DNA from: an uncultured Nitrososphaeraceae archaeon
GTDB taxonomy: Archaea; Thermoproteota; Nitrososphaeria; Nitrososphaerales; Nitrososphaeraceae
Direction: 5' to 3'
NCBI GenBank assembly: GCA_963779615.1
Contig: CAVZZA010000003.1
Span: 480,001 to 544,000 of the forward strand
DNA: 64,000 nucleotides
Positions within the stretch are counted from its first letter, which is position 1. Each line of letters opens with the position of its first letter. Positions 33,059-44,427 of the stretch are shown piece by piece. The notes below the pieces were generated by a model. That model had not been told where the DNA came from and made no database searches. It worked only from the letters and a program-made list of their open reading frames with translations. Position numbers and translations under genes: made by a program.

Positions 33059-33661
33059 ATGTCCCAAGGTATTGGAGGACCTATCAACAATTATGAAAAA
33101 ATCATAATCGAGATTGGGTCAGGAGACGGCAGGCTATTAACCAATCTGGCAAATCTCTACGATAAAGGGAATACCCTTTTGATAGGCATAGAGATAGACC
33201 AGTCCCAATATACCAACTCGTGTGTCAGAATAAAGGGAAGAGAGAGAAAAAACACCATACAGTTTGTCAATGAACCATTTGAAAATGTATTGGCAGGTTT
33301 TCAAGACAACACAATAGACACCGTGATATCCGTTTTGCCGCACCCCAACTACATAGACAAGTCAAATCAGGACATGTGGATACCAATTTATAAGACCATT
33401 ATAGGCAAAATGAAAGTCCACGGCGATTTCATACTGGTAACTGAAATAATTGACGAGCTGCTTCAGCCTGTCTCACCATCCAACTACAGGGTTTGGAAAA
33501 AATGGCTTGCTGAAACCTTTAGTTCAATTGGTTTTGACTTGCTTACAGTTATTGATGATGGAGCCCCCTCCTGCTTTTCCTCACACTATCTGGATAAGTT
33601 TATGGATGACCCAGAAAGGATAAGAATCATGACTCTCGTGTTGACAAAAAAACAAACATAG
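33059..33661 (+). CDS. class I SAM-dependent methyltransferase (TrmB-like fold)
   Basis: IIEIGSGDG and LIGIEID motifs. Confidence 0.7.
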   Translation: MSQGIGGPINNYEKIIIEIGSGDGRLLTNLANLYDKGNTLLIGIEIDQSQYTNSCVRIKGRERKNTIQFVNEPFENVLAGFQDNTIDTVISVLPHPNYIDKSNQDMWIPIYKTIIGKMKVHGDFILVTEIIDELLQPVSPSNYRVWKKWLAETFSSIGFDLLTVIDDGAPSCFSSHYLDKFMDDPERIRIMTLVLTKKQT

Positions 33662-33907
33662 CAGTTCCACACCAACATCCTCACTCTACCTACCCAGTTA
33701 ACCTTTCATTTTCTATCCAAAAGACAACAAATCAGCGATGTGCTTTTAATTTTAAATCCCGTTACTAAACTAGAATATTTAGTGTGTTTTTACCATAGAG
33801 TTTATCAATAGCAAACAAGGAAATAAAAAACAGTATAGATTCTAGGAACATAAAAAAAATTTTTATGTTTGCGTTAAACACCCTTTTATCCCGAATCAAA
33901 CAATAAT

Positions 33908-34090
33908 TTATTTGAAATTACTTTGCCGTTTTGTTAATTTTTGTTCCCTGTTCAATACTATCATTATAAGAACGGGAAAGACAAAACCCATCAGAAGCAA
34001 CACCTGGATTGTAATCGCCACAAAGAAACCCATCATAATCAACCAAACATAACAAATTGTAATTATATAGTCATAGGTACTCTTTAGCAT
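33908..34090 (-). CDS. small membrane protein
   Basis: 60 aa, long hydrophobic stretch and basic tail. Confidence 0.4.
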   Translation of the reverse strand: MLKSTYDYIITICYVWLIMMGFFVAITIQVLLLMGFVFPVLIMIVLNREQKLTKRQSNFK

Positions 34091-34501
34091 TTGTTATAAT
34101 TTACCCTACACTCGATAGATAATAAAATTCTATAGTAATGTTGTTTGGTGAAAAAACACATGCACCATTGCCCATCTTTGTTGTTGTGGTGCAGCACATC
34201 CATTAGTTTTGCAGTTTTGAACCCACATACAACCATAGCGATGCAAAACCATCACCCTCAAGGGACCGAAAACCATTTTTATTTTGTTCATCAAGTAAAG
34301 ATCCGGACCAAATTGCAAATCAAAAGCAAAACATCAATTATTTGCTTCACTCAAGTAACACAGGTAACAAACAAAATGGAAAAACCACAACAAAACAAAG
34401 ATGAATCAACACCAAACACCATTGACAAAGCCATCATGAAAAAATGTAATTAAACCCATTTTCAAAATAAAAAGTTTATTTACAAAAAAGAGTACAACTA
34501 C

Positions 34502-34954
34502 ATGCATACACTGATGTCCTTTTCCCCACCCTCCAGCAAATTCCCCCAACCACTTCTCATTTACGATGACAAATGCTCATCATGTACGAAATTTGCTAAG
34601 GCTGCAGAAAAGCTATCCAGGGGATGGATACGCATTGCAGGTCACTATTTTTCACAAGAAGCAATAGACACAAAGAAAATGGTTTTTCCTCCCGACTATG
34701 ATCCAACAAAAATGTTTTGGCTAATCAACAAGAAAGGCGCCTACGGGGCTCGATCAGGCCTCTTTCAGACCATAATGGAAATCATCAGAGGGAATTTCAA
34801 AGGCATGTCAAAAAGCAAACACGTGAAAGACTATGACGGCAAAGTAGCAACAACAGAATGCAACTACAGCGACAAGGAATCATGCATGTCTACAAGAACC
34901 ACACTAAACCGCATGTGCAGCATGATGAGAAACAGTGACAAGTTTGATTTTTGA
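34502..34954 (+). CDS. DCC1/DUF393-like thiol-disulfide oxidoreductase
   Basis: N-terminal LLIYDDKCSSC (DxxCxxC) motif. Confidence 0.7.
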   Translation: MHTLMSFSPPSSKFPQPLLIYDDKCSSCTKFAKAAEKLSRGWIRIAGHYFSQEAIDTKKMVFPPDYDPTKMFWLINKKGAYGARSGLFQTIMEIIRGNFKGMSKSKHVKDYDGKVATTECNYSDKESCMSTRTTLNRMCSMMRNSDKFDF

Positions 34955-35398
34955 TTTTTGGCGGACATGCCACACATCAAACCAACAACACTACCGTGAC
35001 ACAGTAGCAACTTGGTCTCCCACAGAACAAACAAAGTCCAACAACAACCAATTTCGGTAGCACGAGTTTTTTTACCAGATCCCTTCCCTGCTTTATCAAT
35101 GAAAACAAAACAATGTTGTTCAAACAAGGGCTTTCGGCCATAAGCAACACAACCCATTTGTACCCCTTTCCCTGACATGGCCCACAGGTACCAATTACAA
35201 AAACATCAAAAAGCACAACAATTTCATGTTTTTGAGGACAATCACCACGATACTGTCATTATCTCCATTTAATAATTTGCAGATCAAAAAGAGCAACGCT
35301 AAACCTCATATAGAGACAACCTCATTTTTTTGCAAAAAAAAACAGGAAGATGGATATTAATAGATAGCCAATAAAGAATATACAACAAGTAAGACAAG

Positions 35399-36838
35399 TT
35401 GGAGGAATTTGACCTTATAGTTATTGGAGGAGGCTCGGGATTGGATATTGCCAATGCTGCAGCCCAACAGGGCCTCAAAGTGGCAATTATCGAGAAAGGC
35501 AGGCTGGGTGGCACATGCTTGAACAGAGGATGCATACCTTCCAAACTGCTCATACACAGTGCAGACATAGTTGAGACGATAAAAAACGCAGGTGTGTTCG
35601 GCATAAGCGTAAACGGGCTGTCCATAGACTTTCAGAAAATAATGAGCAGGGTCAATGAAATTACCGATGCGGAATCAGATGGAATAAAAGATGGATTGAT
35701 GCAATCAGGCAACCCAAAGCTCTTTGCAAGAGAATGCAGGTTTATAGGCGAAAAAAAAATCGCACTGCTAGCAGAAGGCAAAAAAGACAATGGAGACATT
35801 ATCACTGCCGAAAAAATTGTGGTTGCAGCTGGAGCAAAACCCAAAATACCCAAAATAAACGGCCTCGCGGAATCGGGGTTCATAACAAGCGACGAGGCGT
35901 TGCGCCTTCAAAAACAACCCCGCGCTCTAACGTTTATTGGTGGCGGATATATCGCTTGTGAGCTGGCGCATTTTTTTGGCAGCCTTGGGACCAAAATCAA
36001 CATCATACAAAAAAACAGCCTTTTAATTCCCCATGAGGATAAGGAAATTGCCGAAAAACTCACAGGGATTTTCAGCAAAAAATTCAATGTTTATTTGGGA
36101 TGCGACCCTCAATCAGTTCTCAAAGTCAAAAACAATTGTGATGGTAACGATGGCCCCAATGATGCGATCACTAACGGCAATGATGAAACATTCCGTGTCT
36201 TGGCAACAACTCCTGATGGGGACACCATCAAGATTGATTCGGACAGTCTGATTGTTTCCATAGGAAGGGAACCAAACACCCATTCACTTGATTTGGAAAA
36301 AACGGGGGTCACGGTCAACGAAGGGGGCTTCGTCAAGGTGGATGAATACCTTGAGACGGCAAAGAAAGGGGTTTTTGCGATAGGGGACGTGGTTGGCAAA
36401 TACCAGTTCAAGCACAGCGCAAACCTTGAAGCTCAATACGCATACAACAACCTCATGGACAACAGCAAAAAAATGGCGGTGGACTATACCGCAATGCCAC
36501 GCGCAATTTTCAGCTCACCCCAGGTTGCCGCCGTTGGTTTCACAGAACAGGAGCTAATAGAAAATGGGGTAGACTACCTGAAATCCTCATACCCATACAT
36601 CAAAACAGGCATGGGACAGGCGATAGAGGACAAGGATGGGTTTGTCAAGTTTCTTGTGAACAAGAAGGACAGAAAAATCCTTGGGTGCCACATTCTTGGG
36701 ACAGACGCATCCGTTTTGATTCACGAGGTTTTGGTCATCATGAGATCTGGGGACAATGTGATAGACAACATCCTCTACACAGTGCACATTCACCCATCCC
36801 TTTCAGAGGTAATAGCAAGGGGGGCCGGCACCATCTAG
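35399..36838 (+). CDS. class I pyridine nucleotide-disulfide oxidoreductase (dihydrolipoamide dehydrogenase / mycothione reductase-like)
   Basis: GGGSG FAD motif, GGTCLNRGCIPSK redox centre, GGGYIACE, and C-terminal HPSLSE. Confidence 0.9.
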   Translation: MEEFDLIVIGGGSGLDIANAAAQQGLKVAIIEKGRLGGTCLNRGCIPSKLLIHSADIVETIKNAGVFGISVNGLSIDFQKIMSRVNEITDAESDGIKDGLMQSGNPKLFARECRFIGEKKIALLAEGKKDNGDIITAEKIVVAAGAKPKIPKINGLAESGFITSDEALRLQKQPRALTFIGGGYIACELAHFFGSLGTKINIIQKNSLLIPHEDKEIAEKLTGIFSKKFNVYLGCDPQSVLKVKNNCDGNDGPNDAITNGNDETFRVLATTPDGDTIKIDSDSLIVSIGREPNTHSLDLEKTGVTVNEGGFVKVDEYLETAKKGVFAIGDVVGKYQFKHSANLEAQYAYNNLMDNSKKMAVDYTAMPRAIFSSPQVAAVGFTEQELIENGVDYLKSSYPYIKTGMGQAIEDKDGFVKFLVNKKDRKILGCHILGTDASVLIHEVLVIMRSGDNVIDNILYTVHIHPSLSEVIARGAGTI

Positions 36839-36919
36839 GAAAAAGTCAGTCTCCCAGGCAAACGGTCATTTTTTCATCCTTTTTGTGCACCTGTAAACTC
36901 AAGGCATCCTTTTGAAGTA

Positions 36920-38722
36920 TTGCATTTGATGTCCAATAAGCTTTTATACCAACACGCAAAGATTCTGCTGTACAATTTGACAAAACCCAATCCGGAGCAA
37001 AATACTGAATGTTTCAAGCCTTCTGCCAGATCAGGCATTTTGATTGCAGGAAGGTTATTTACACCCCACCCATTTATCATTGCGTCAATCCTAATCCTAT
37101 CCACAATAACAGTTTCAGCAACCACCAGCGTTACCGCAACAGCTCAACAAAACGTTCCCAGAATTACACATGGTATAGCAAGCGGCGATGTGACAAACCA
37201 CAGTGCGGTGATATGGTCAAGGTCAGATGGAGACTCGATGATGAACGTCAAATATGACACAAACCCAAATTTCACCAATCCAACTTTATCCAATGGCTCC
37301 GTTTTGGTCAGTAAAACCACAGGTTACACAGGACAGGTAAAACTGGACAACCTAAAGCCAAATTCCCAATACTACTATCAGGTGTGGCTCTCAGACCCAA
37401 ACAATAAGAGTGCCTTATCTGAAACATCCCCAACTGGCCTGTTTCACACAGCACCTGATACCCTTCACCAAAAAGAGGCCATCAGTTTTGTGGTGGGCGG
37501 AGACCTAGGCGGTCAAAACTATTGCAAAAGGGTTGACCTTGGATACCCGATTTTTTCAGTCATCAAGGCACTGTCCCCTGACTTTTTCATATTCAACGGG
37601 GACCAGGTTTATGCGGATGGCGACTGCAAAGCCAAAGGCCCAGATGATGCTACCGGGTGGCACAACATACCAGGAAACTTTTCAAGTGTATTAGACAAGA
37701 ATGTGAACTGGAGTGACGCGAACAAGGTGCGCGAAACATATGAAAAGCACTGGGACTACAACAGGGCAGACAACCACCTGCAGGGCTTGTTGAGCAACAC
37801 CTCCCTTTATTCGCAAGCAGATGACCACGAGGTCATCAACAACTACGGGGGGAACTGGTCTAACTGGAGCAACCAGACAAATGACAGGGAGGGATTCAAG
37901 AACCTGGCAAAGGCTGGAATAGAAACTTTTTTTGACTACTCCCCGATAGACAAAAAGAACAAGGCCTATCCAGAGCACATTTACCGCAACTTTAGCTGGG
38001 GAAAGGACATGGATCTCTTTATCTTGGATGCTCACACATACAGGGACAGAAACGATCTCCCGCAAATTTCAGGTATTATCAACAGCAATAACACCAACAT
38101 CAAAAATCCATTAGGTGCAGATACCAACACCACCACTGCTACCGACAGTTCCCCAACCAACACTTTTAACAAAACACTGTTGGGCAAGGAGCAGCTTCAA
38201 TGGCTGGAGCATGGGTTGCAAAGGTCCAACGCCACCTGGAAAATAGTCTCAAATGATGACCCCATTTTCATTCCAGAGTGCCGGACCTTTGACCAATTTT
38301 CCCCTCTGGGCTGCGACAACTGGGCAACTGACGGAAACACCACGTTGAACTTTGTGAACGAGAGAAACGGATTTCTCAAGTTTCTGGATGACAACAGGAT
38401 TGACAACGTTGTGTTCATCACCACCGACGTTCATTTTCCGGCCAACATAGTGCTGAGTCAGGACTTTAACAGTGACGGTAACAACCTCACCTTGCATGAA
38501 CTTGTAAGCGGACCAATCAGTGCATGGGGACCAGCTAGGGCAGATCCCCTGGACCCGACAGTTAATGCAAAATACCTCTACAACGAGGTCAAGATATTCA
38601 ATTTTGGGTACTACAAGGTTCAGAAAAACACAGTGGACGGGAAGGCTCACTTTATCTCCGAGATACGCGGTGCAGATGGCTTAACAAGGCCCGGCTCCCA
38701 ACTGGATTTGACACCCCAATAA
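36920..38722 (+). CDS. phoD: alkaline phosphatase D family protein
   Basis: HGIASGDV..AVIWSR, FNGDQVYAD, DDHEV, LLGKEQLQWL, WKIV and TTDVH motifs; start codon uncertain. Confidence 0.9.
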   Translation: MHLMSNKLLYQHAKILLYNLTKPNPEQNTECFKPSARSGILIAGRLFTPHPFIIASILILSTITVSATTSVTATAQQNVPRITHGIASGDVTNHSAVIWSRSDGDSMMNVKYDTNPNFTNPTLSNGSVLVSKTTGYTGQVKLDNLKPNSQYYYQVWLSDPNNKSALSETSPTGLFHTAPDTLHQKEAISFVVGGDLGGQNYCKRVDLGYPIFSVIKALSPDFFIFNGDQVYADGDCKAKGPDDATGWHNIPGNFSSVLDKNVNWSDANKVRETYEKHWDYNRADNHLQGLLSNTSLYSQADDHEVINNYGGNWSNWSNQTNDREGFKNLAKAGIETFFDYSPIDKKNKAYPEHIYRNFSWGKDMDLFILDAHTYRDRNDLPQISGIINSNNTNIKNPLGADTNTTTATDSSPTNTFNKTLLGKEQLQWLEHGLQRSNATWKIVSNDDPIFIPECRTFDQFSPLGCDNWATDGNTTLNFVNERNGFLKFLDDNRIDNVVFITTDVHFPANIVLSQDFNSDGNNLTLHELVSGPISAWGPARADPLDPTVNAKYLYNEVKIFNFGYYKVQKNTVDGKAHFISEIRGADGLTRPGSQLDLTPQ

Positions 38723-39918
38723 ATGGGGAAAAGAAGAATTTTCTCTTCATACAAATATTTAAAATTTCTGTTACTGTCATAGGAACCAGACTCGAATAAA
38801 ATTGATTTATCTCCAACACATTCACTGCATTGGTTTAAAACATGATCAACTATATTTCATTTTCTTGCAGCTATCATGTACTTTTTCATCTGTAACCTCT
38901 AAATCAAGTATATCCATGGTTTTATATTTACTGCTGTAACACGGGTTTTAAGTAGTATTTTTTCTTATTTTATACATTCCATTCACCATACATCCACAGG
39001 CCTCTTTTCGTTACCTTAATTCCTACACTATCTACCACTATAACAATATCATCGTCATTATCAGCATCATTCAATCAACCGTTGCTGTTACATATTTTCA
39101 GAACGTCATATTTTCTGCCAATCTACAAATAACTTGGATTAACTGACAAGTTTTTACCTTTGACTTTTATGATACTTTCTTGGGTTTGTCTATGCGGTAG
39201 TTGAAGGTTAACCATGACCTAATCAATAAATAAAACAAAAGAATCAATATATAGGTAATATCTGTAGCCTTCCATATTTTCATGCATCTTTTAAATCTTG
39301 TCATGCCAACATACATCTAGAAAAGCAAATTAAAAATCACCCCGCCGCTCAGGCGAATCGTTACTGAAGGCCATTGCATCACAAATGGCGGATTAACCTT
39401 ACCCCCTCTAAACAGATTGAGTTATACAACAAAACAAAATAAACAATCAGAAAATCAATAAACAGTTCAGAGCTAGAAGGCTGTCATCATTACTGCTTGC
39501 AAAATAGGGTAGGCACCACTAAATAAAAACTTTTTTGACCACCAACACAAAGAAAAATGAAAAAGGCAAGAATTTGCAGCAAATCGACACAAGGAAAAAA
39601 ATATTTATCTATTATTTGTTTATTTTAGCATGCAGAATTAATATTTCAGTAATTTTAAATTTTATCATGTTACCAAAACTCAATGCACTTTGCCAACTAT
39701 TTTTTAAAAACAAAAGTTATACAGAAATGGCATTTAGACGTTTATTTGTTACACATTCACAAGAAACTCCAAATCTGGAGGATCAATCAGTCTTAATTTA
39801 AAGAATAGGTGTTTTCAAAAAATTCATTATTTTGAACATAAATCCATTTCTAATCCACTTTTGGCATTAAATCCAAATTAAAAGTATATAAACAAAGGCA
39901 TATCTAAATGGGTTATTC

Positions 39919-42015
39919 ATGTTCAATTTTCTCAATTTTAATACCAAAAATATAGTTACTCTACACATCATCATTATTTTCTTGGCAGTTTTTAGTAACT
40001 CTTGCAGCATTTATGGCCAAAACAATCAAAACCAAACTGATAAAGATAAAATAAAAAATTTAACTGAATCCAACAAGATCCTACAATTAAGGTTAAATGA
40101 AAGTGACAGACAATCACCTAACCAAAGTATACCAATTAACACACAAATCATCAACAGTAATCCGAACAATAACACAGGCGCTCTTGGTCCACCTGTTGGG
40201 AATGTAACTGATCTATTTGGAGATGTCGGCCTATGGCTCCCAGTATATTTCTTAACAATAGTCGCCATAACTATGATGATACCGTTAGTAATCGACATGA
40301 TCTTGGCATATAAACGGAATTCAAAAGGAGAAAAGGTAAACCTAAAGCGCCCGCCTATTGGGATGGAAGGATTGTATAGGACCTTGATGACCTTTGGGGT
40401 CGTACTATTAGCTGGTATAGTACTCTTATATCTTCTCCTATTGATTACCGTATACAATAACCAGGCACTCATCGACACGTTAAGAAATCTTTCGACCATA
40501 TTAGGAACTGGACTGGCAACAATAATCGCATTCTATTTTGGAACAAGGGGATCTGAAAGTGCAGTTGAGAAAGCCGCAAAAAGACTGGCACCCCCAGGAA
40601 CAATAGGGGATTTGTCCATTCCTTCGGTAATAAAGACAAAACCAGTTGATGATTTAAAAAATGTTCCTATTAAAACAGACATTTATGCCAAATTTAGCGA
40701 GCCAATGGATATCACCTCTATCAATAAAGGCACTTTCACTATTATTGATTCAAATAACAACGTTGTTGATGGAGAAGTCAGTTTTATTGAAAATAACACA
40801 AAGGCATTATTCAAGGTAACAAACAAAAGTCAAAGCCTAGACCCAGGTACTGACTATACAGCTACTATCGAGTCAGAAGTAACAGATGTAGAAGGCAATC
40901 CCATGTATGAAGACAAAATATGGAGCTTTACCACCAAGGGGGAAGAACCGCCGAGCCCCGATGACAAAAATCCAGCCATACCAAAGGAATCAAAAAAACC
41001 CTCAGAGGGTCAGGTGGATGTTGAATTAAACCCTGCGGAGATTTCCTTTACATTTGACAAGGACATGGATAAAGGCACCATTACATCCACAACTATTCAG
41101 TTTTTAGAAAAGGGTATTGTGTTAGCACAAACACCCGATATCAAGTTTGATGAAGCAGGCAAGAGAAAAGTTACCATAGATCCCAAAAAAAGCCTTTCTC
41201 CAAAGACACAATACACAATCAAGGTTGGCCCAGGTGTAAAAGACACAACCGGAAAGCCATTGGAAAGTGAACAAAGTTGGAGCTTTACCACCAAGGGGGA
41301 AGAACCGCCGAGCCCCGATGACAAAAATCCAGCCATACCAAAGGAATCAAAAAAACCCTCAGAGGGTCAGGTGGATGTTGAATTAAACCCTGCGGAGATT
41401 TCCTTTACATTTGACAAGGACATGGATAAAGGCACCATTACATCCACAACTATTCAGTTTTTAGAAAAGGGTATTGTGTTAGCACAAACACCCGATATCA
41501 AGTTTGATGAAGCAGGCAAGAGAAAAGTTACCATAGATCCCAAAAAAAGCCTTTCTCCAAAGACACAATACACAATCAAGGTTGGCCCAGGTGTAAAAGA
41601 CACAACCGGAAAGCCATTGGAAAGTGAACAAAGTTGGAGCTTTACCACCAAGGGGGAAGAACCGCCGAGCCCCGATGACAAAAATCCAGCCATACCAAAG
41701 GAATCAAAAAAACCCTCAGAGGGTCAGGTGGATGTTGAATTAAACCCTGCGGAGATTTCCTTTACATTTGACAAGGACATGGATAAAGGCACCATCAATA
41801 TAGCAAATATCCAAGCCTTTGAAAACACCAAACTACTAACAGCATTAGAATATGACATCAACGTAGATTCAACGGACAAGAAGAAAATCATCTTAAGCCT
41901 GAAGAGGCAACTCAATCCAAAGACACAATACACAATCAAGGTTGGCCCAGGTGTAAAAGACACAACCGGAAAGCCATTGGAAAGTGAACAAAGTTGGAGC
42001 TTTACCACTAAATAA
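39919..42015 (+). CDS. membrane protein with four Ig-like (Big_5/SbsA-type) domains
   Basis: N-terminal hydrophobic segments, then FSEPMD...YTATI...WSFTT and three 119/120-aa FDKDMD...YTIKVGPGVKD...WSFTT units. Confidence 0.85.
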   Translation: MFNFLNFNTKNIVTLHIIIIFLAVFSNSCSIYGQNNQNQTDKDKIKNLTESNKILQLRLNESDRQSPNQSIPINTQIINSNPNNNTGALGPPVGNVTDLFGDVGLWLPVYFLTIVAITMMIPLVIDMILAYKRNSKGEKVNLKRPPIGMEGLYRTLMTFGVVLLAGIVLLYLLLLITVYNNQALIDTLRNLSTILGTGLATIIAFYFGTRGSESAVEKAAKRLAPPGTIGDLSIPSVIKTKPVDDLKNVPIKTDIYAKFSEPMDITSINKGTFTIIDSNNNVVDGEVSFIENNTKALFKVTNKSQSLDPGTDYTATIESEVTDVEGNPMYEDKIWSFTTKGEEPPSPDDKNPAIPKESKKPSEGQVDVELNPAEISFTFDKDMDKGTITSTTIQFLEKGIVLAQTPDIKFDEAGKRKVTIDPKKSLSPKTQYTIKVGPGVKDTTGKPLESEQSWSFTTKGEEPPSPDDKNPAIPKESKKPSEGQVDVELNPAEISFTFDKDMDKGTITSTTIQFLEKGIVLAQTPDIKFDEAGKRKVTIDPKKSLSPKTQYTIKVGPGVKDTTGKPLESEQSWSFTTKGEEPPSPDDKNPAIPKESKKPSEGQVDVELNPAEISFTFDKDMDKGTINIANIQAFENTKLLTALEYDINVDSTDKKKIILSLKRQLNPKTQYTIKVGPGVKDTTGKPLESEQSWSFTTK
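40921..42010. repeat. coding 357-bp tandem repeat (2 identical copies plus 1 with a replaced middle)
   Basis: TGGAGCTTTACCAC at 40921, 41278, 41635 and 41995. Confidence 0.95.
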
Positions 42016-42063
42016 AGAGAGACACCACCAGTCCAATCCTTTTGATATCAATAAAAACACATT

Positions 42064-43068
42064 GCTTTGCTGCATGATTCTCAAAATTTTGCGATTCTAT
42101 TATATATTTTGTCTAAATGGATATTGTTTTGTTGTATAGTGACGCTTTTAACGCCATTTCTTTCACCATGTTTTCAAACTTTACTGAATAAACATACTCT
42201 CCAAACATCCTCTTTATAGATGAGAATACCGTTTCTACAATCCATCTCTTTCCATAGCTTACGCTATCCTTCCATTTTTGCAATTCATTTTTCTGGTCTA
42301 TGACTAACAGGTTTCTAAGGATATATTCAGTTTTTAGTCGAACTCTGGAATTCTTTCTTAGTTTGATACAAGGTATGACTCCATTGTCCGACAGACATCT
42401 AAAAACATCAATACTGTCATAGGCACCATCAGAAAATAGTTTGCCGACTGCGGCTGTTATTTTTCTATTTGGTTTTATGACATCAACAACCAATTCCAGT
42501 AACGTTTTGCCATTATGAACTTGCTCACCGGTTACCTTAATGGAGAGAATTTTCTTGCTCGTGATGTTGACTGATATGTGGATTTTCAAATATCCTTTTT
42601 TTACATGCCATTTATTACTTAACCATTGGCCTCTGTTCGTAACATTGATTCCTGTAATGTCTATTGCAATGACAAGGTAATTTTCTTTGAATTCCTTGCT
42701 ATCGTTATCTTCTACTTTGATGTCTAACCTGTTTATTCTCCTGCTAATTGTACTGTAGTCCGGGATAGAGGGTACTTTTCCTTTACCATGTCCTTGTGCA
42801 ATTCCTTCTTTGGTTTGCCGATAGGGAAGGTGAAAGTACGCTTTGGCATACCCAAGTAAAAGAAGAAATTTGTCGGGACAGTGAAATGGCTCTCCAACCT
42901 TGTCTTTGTTCATCTCTTTTAACTCCATATACCAATTGTCAATAACGTCAAACCCCAGCAGTATTTCACCACGTATGATCTGAGATTGGTTGTAGTTTGA
43001 CCATTTCACTTGGTTTATTGAAAGATGTCAGCTAACTGTATTTGGAAAAAGGAATCATGCAACAAAGC
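42064..43068 (-). mobile_element. IS5-family insertion sequence
   Basis: IR GCTTTGCTGCATGATTC (42064-42080) versus the reverse complement of GAATCATGCAACAAAGC (43052-43068), 16/17 match, enclosing a transposase. Confidence 0.9.
42113..43009 (-). CDS. IS5-family transposase
   Basis: WSNYNQS..RGE, PDYSTISRR, IAIDITG, DGAYDS and Y.KRWIVETVFS motifs. Confidence 0.9.
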   Translation of the reverse strand: MKWSNYNQSQIIRGEILLGFDVIDNWYMELKEMNKDKVGEPFHCPDKFLLLLGYAKAYFHLPYRQTKEGIAQGHGKGKVPSIPDYSTISRRINRLDIKVEDNDSKEFKENYLVIAIDITGINVTNRGQWLSNKWHVKKGYLKIHISVNITSKKILSIKVTGEQVHNGKTLLELVVDVIKPNRKITAAVGKLFSDGAYDSIDVFRCLSDNGVIPCIKLRKNSRVRLKTEYILRNLLVIDQKNELQKWKDSVSYGKRWIVETVFSSIKRMFGEYVYSVKFENMVKEMALKASLYNKTISI

Positions 43069-43249
43069 AAAAAATACAACACTTTTTTTTAAATCAAACA
43101 TATAAAAAACTTGACCATAAAAATATTATTTAACAAAGACGATAGTTAATAATGACAAGATTTAAGCTGAAAATTTAGACGGATCAATTATTAAAACATA
43201 TATAAATTATTGTAAACGACATAGAAGATGCAATAGAAAGGTAAAACAA

Positions 43250-43324
43250 GGGCTGATGGTTCAGCTTGGCACGAACGTTCGATTCGCAATCGAAAAATCG
43301 CGGGTTCAAATCCCGCTCAGTCCA
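43250..43324 (+). tRNA. tRNA-Ala (anticodon CGC)
   Basis: Acceptor GGGCTGA/TCAGTCC with G3:U70 and discriminator A; anticodon arm TTCGA-TTCGCAA-TCGAA; T arm GCGGG-TTCAAAT-CCCGC; CCA not encoded. Confidence 0.95.
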
Positions 43325-43743
43325 TCGACATAATTTAGAAAGGTTTCGGCAGGTTTTAGGTTTGGAAAACCAAATTGTTAACAAAAAACTGGAAGTTTAG
43401 ATCCAGTGTAATATGAAATAGTTAACAAATTTGTTAGCATAAAAAAACGGCCAATAAGGAAAAGCGAAAAATGTGTAAACATACCAAAATATTTGTTAAC
43501 ACGGCTGTTTTCGATATCAACTAGACAGGAGAATCATATTTTTACAATAACTTCCGATTCTTATCAACAAGCACTAGATTTTCTAAGAAATTTAAACAAA
43601 AAATTTCATATTAAAATTTATTTAAAAACATTGAAAATACTGAAATCAATATTCAATATTCAATAGATAGAATTCAATTATAGACTTTATATAAAGGTAA
43701 TTTATTTATAAATAATTGCTATCCTTCATAATCATAGAGTTAA

Positions 43744-44427
43744 TTACTTTATAATCTGAAAAGAATTAATCATTTTTTGCGCAATTGTCCAGTATTTATG
43801 ATAATGATTTTCTGGGCCGCTATATCCAATCGAATATGCCTTGTCATTATATAATGTCCACATATTCATCACTTTTATAATAAAAGGAGGCATAGATTCT
43901 CCAGGTATTCCAGAAGTTTGTACATTTGAAATTATTTCATGAGCTTCATTACCATCTAAAGTAGTTGCATTGGACTGAATTATTGTAATTCCCGACCAAC
44001 CCAAAGGCATTGTATTGTTATTAATGTTGATATTTTCTTTAGTATATTGATTTATGGTCGTATTTGGGGCCAACTTATCTATTATTATTGCCAAGTTAAC
44101 GTCTTTGGATGGTGCGAAAAACATAACAACAGTTTTGTTGTTGCCGAAAAGATCAAGACCTTGATCTAGTTTTGTCCAATCACCAGGATATTTGATTTTT
44201 ATCCCGTAGGTAGGATTTACATAGGTTAAGAAATCACTTAAGATAGAGCCATTTCCTTGATGTGGATTTGCAATCTGAGCGATTGCTTGTGGGATATCAC
44301 AAAATAATAAAATAATGGATATTGAAGAAAAAGTTATCAGTATAAGTGAAACAGGAATATATAAAATTAAAAGTTTATCATGTTTTTTTATTAGTTCAAG
44401 TATTTTATACGTATTGCACATCATCAC
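43744..44427 (-). CDS. PsbP-like secreted or membrane-anchored protein
   Basis: Hydrophobic leader; FLTYVNPTYGIKIKYPGDW...TLDGNEA...AQKMINSF. Confidence 0.75.
   Translation of the reverse strand: MMMCNTYKILELIKKHDKLLILYIPVSLILITFSSISIILLFCDIPQAIAQIANPHQGNGSILSDFLTYVNPTYGIKIKYPGDWTKLDQGLDLFGNNKTVVMFFAPSKDVNLAIIIDKLAPNTTINQYTKENININNNTMPLGWSGITIIQSNATTLDGNEAHEIISNVQTSGIPGESMPPFIIKVMNMWTLYNDKAYSIGYSGPENHYHKYWTIAQKMINSFQIIK

Noticed and set aside
43184-43384. 66-aa minus-strand ORF
   Set aside because: Antisense shadow of tRNA-Ala.
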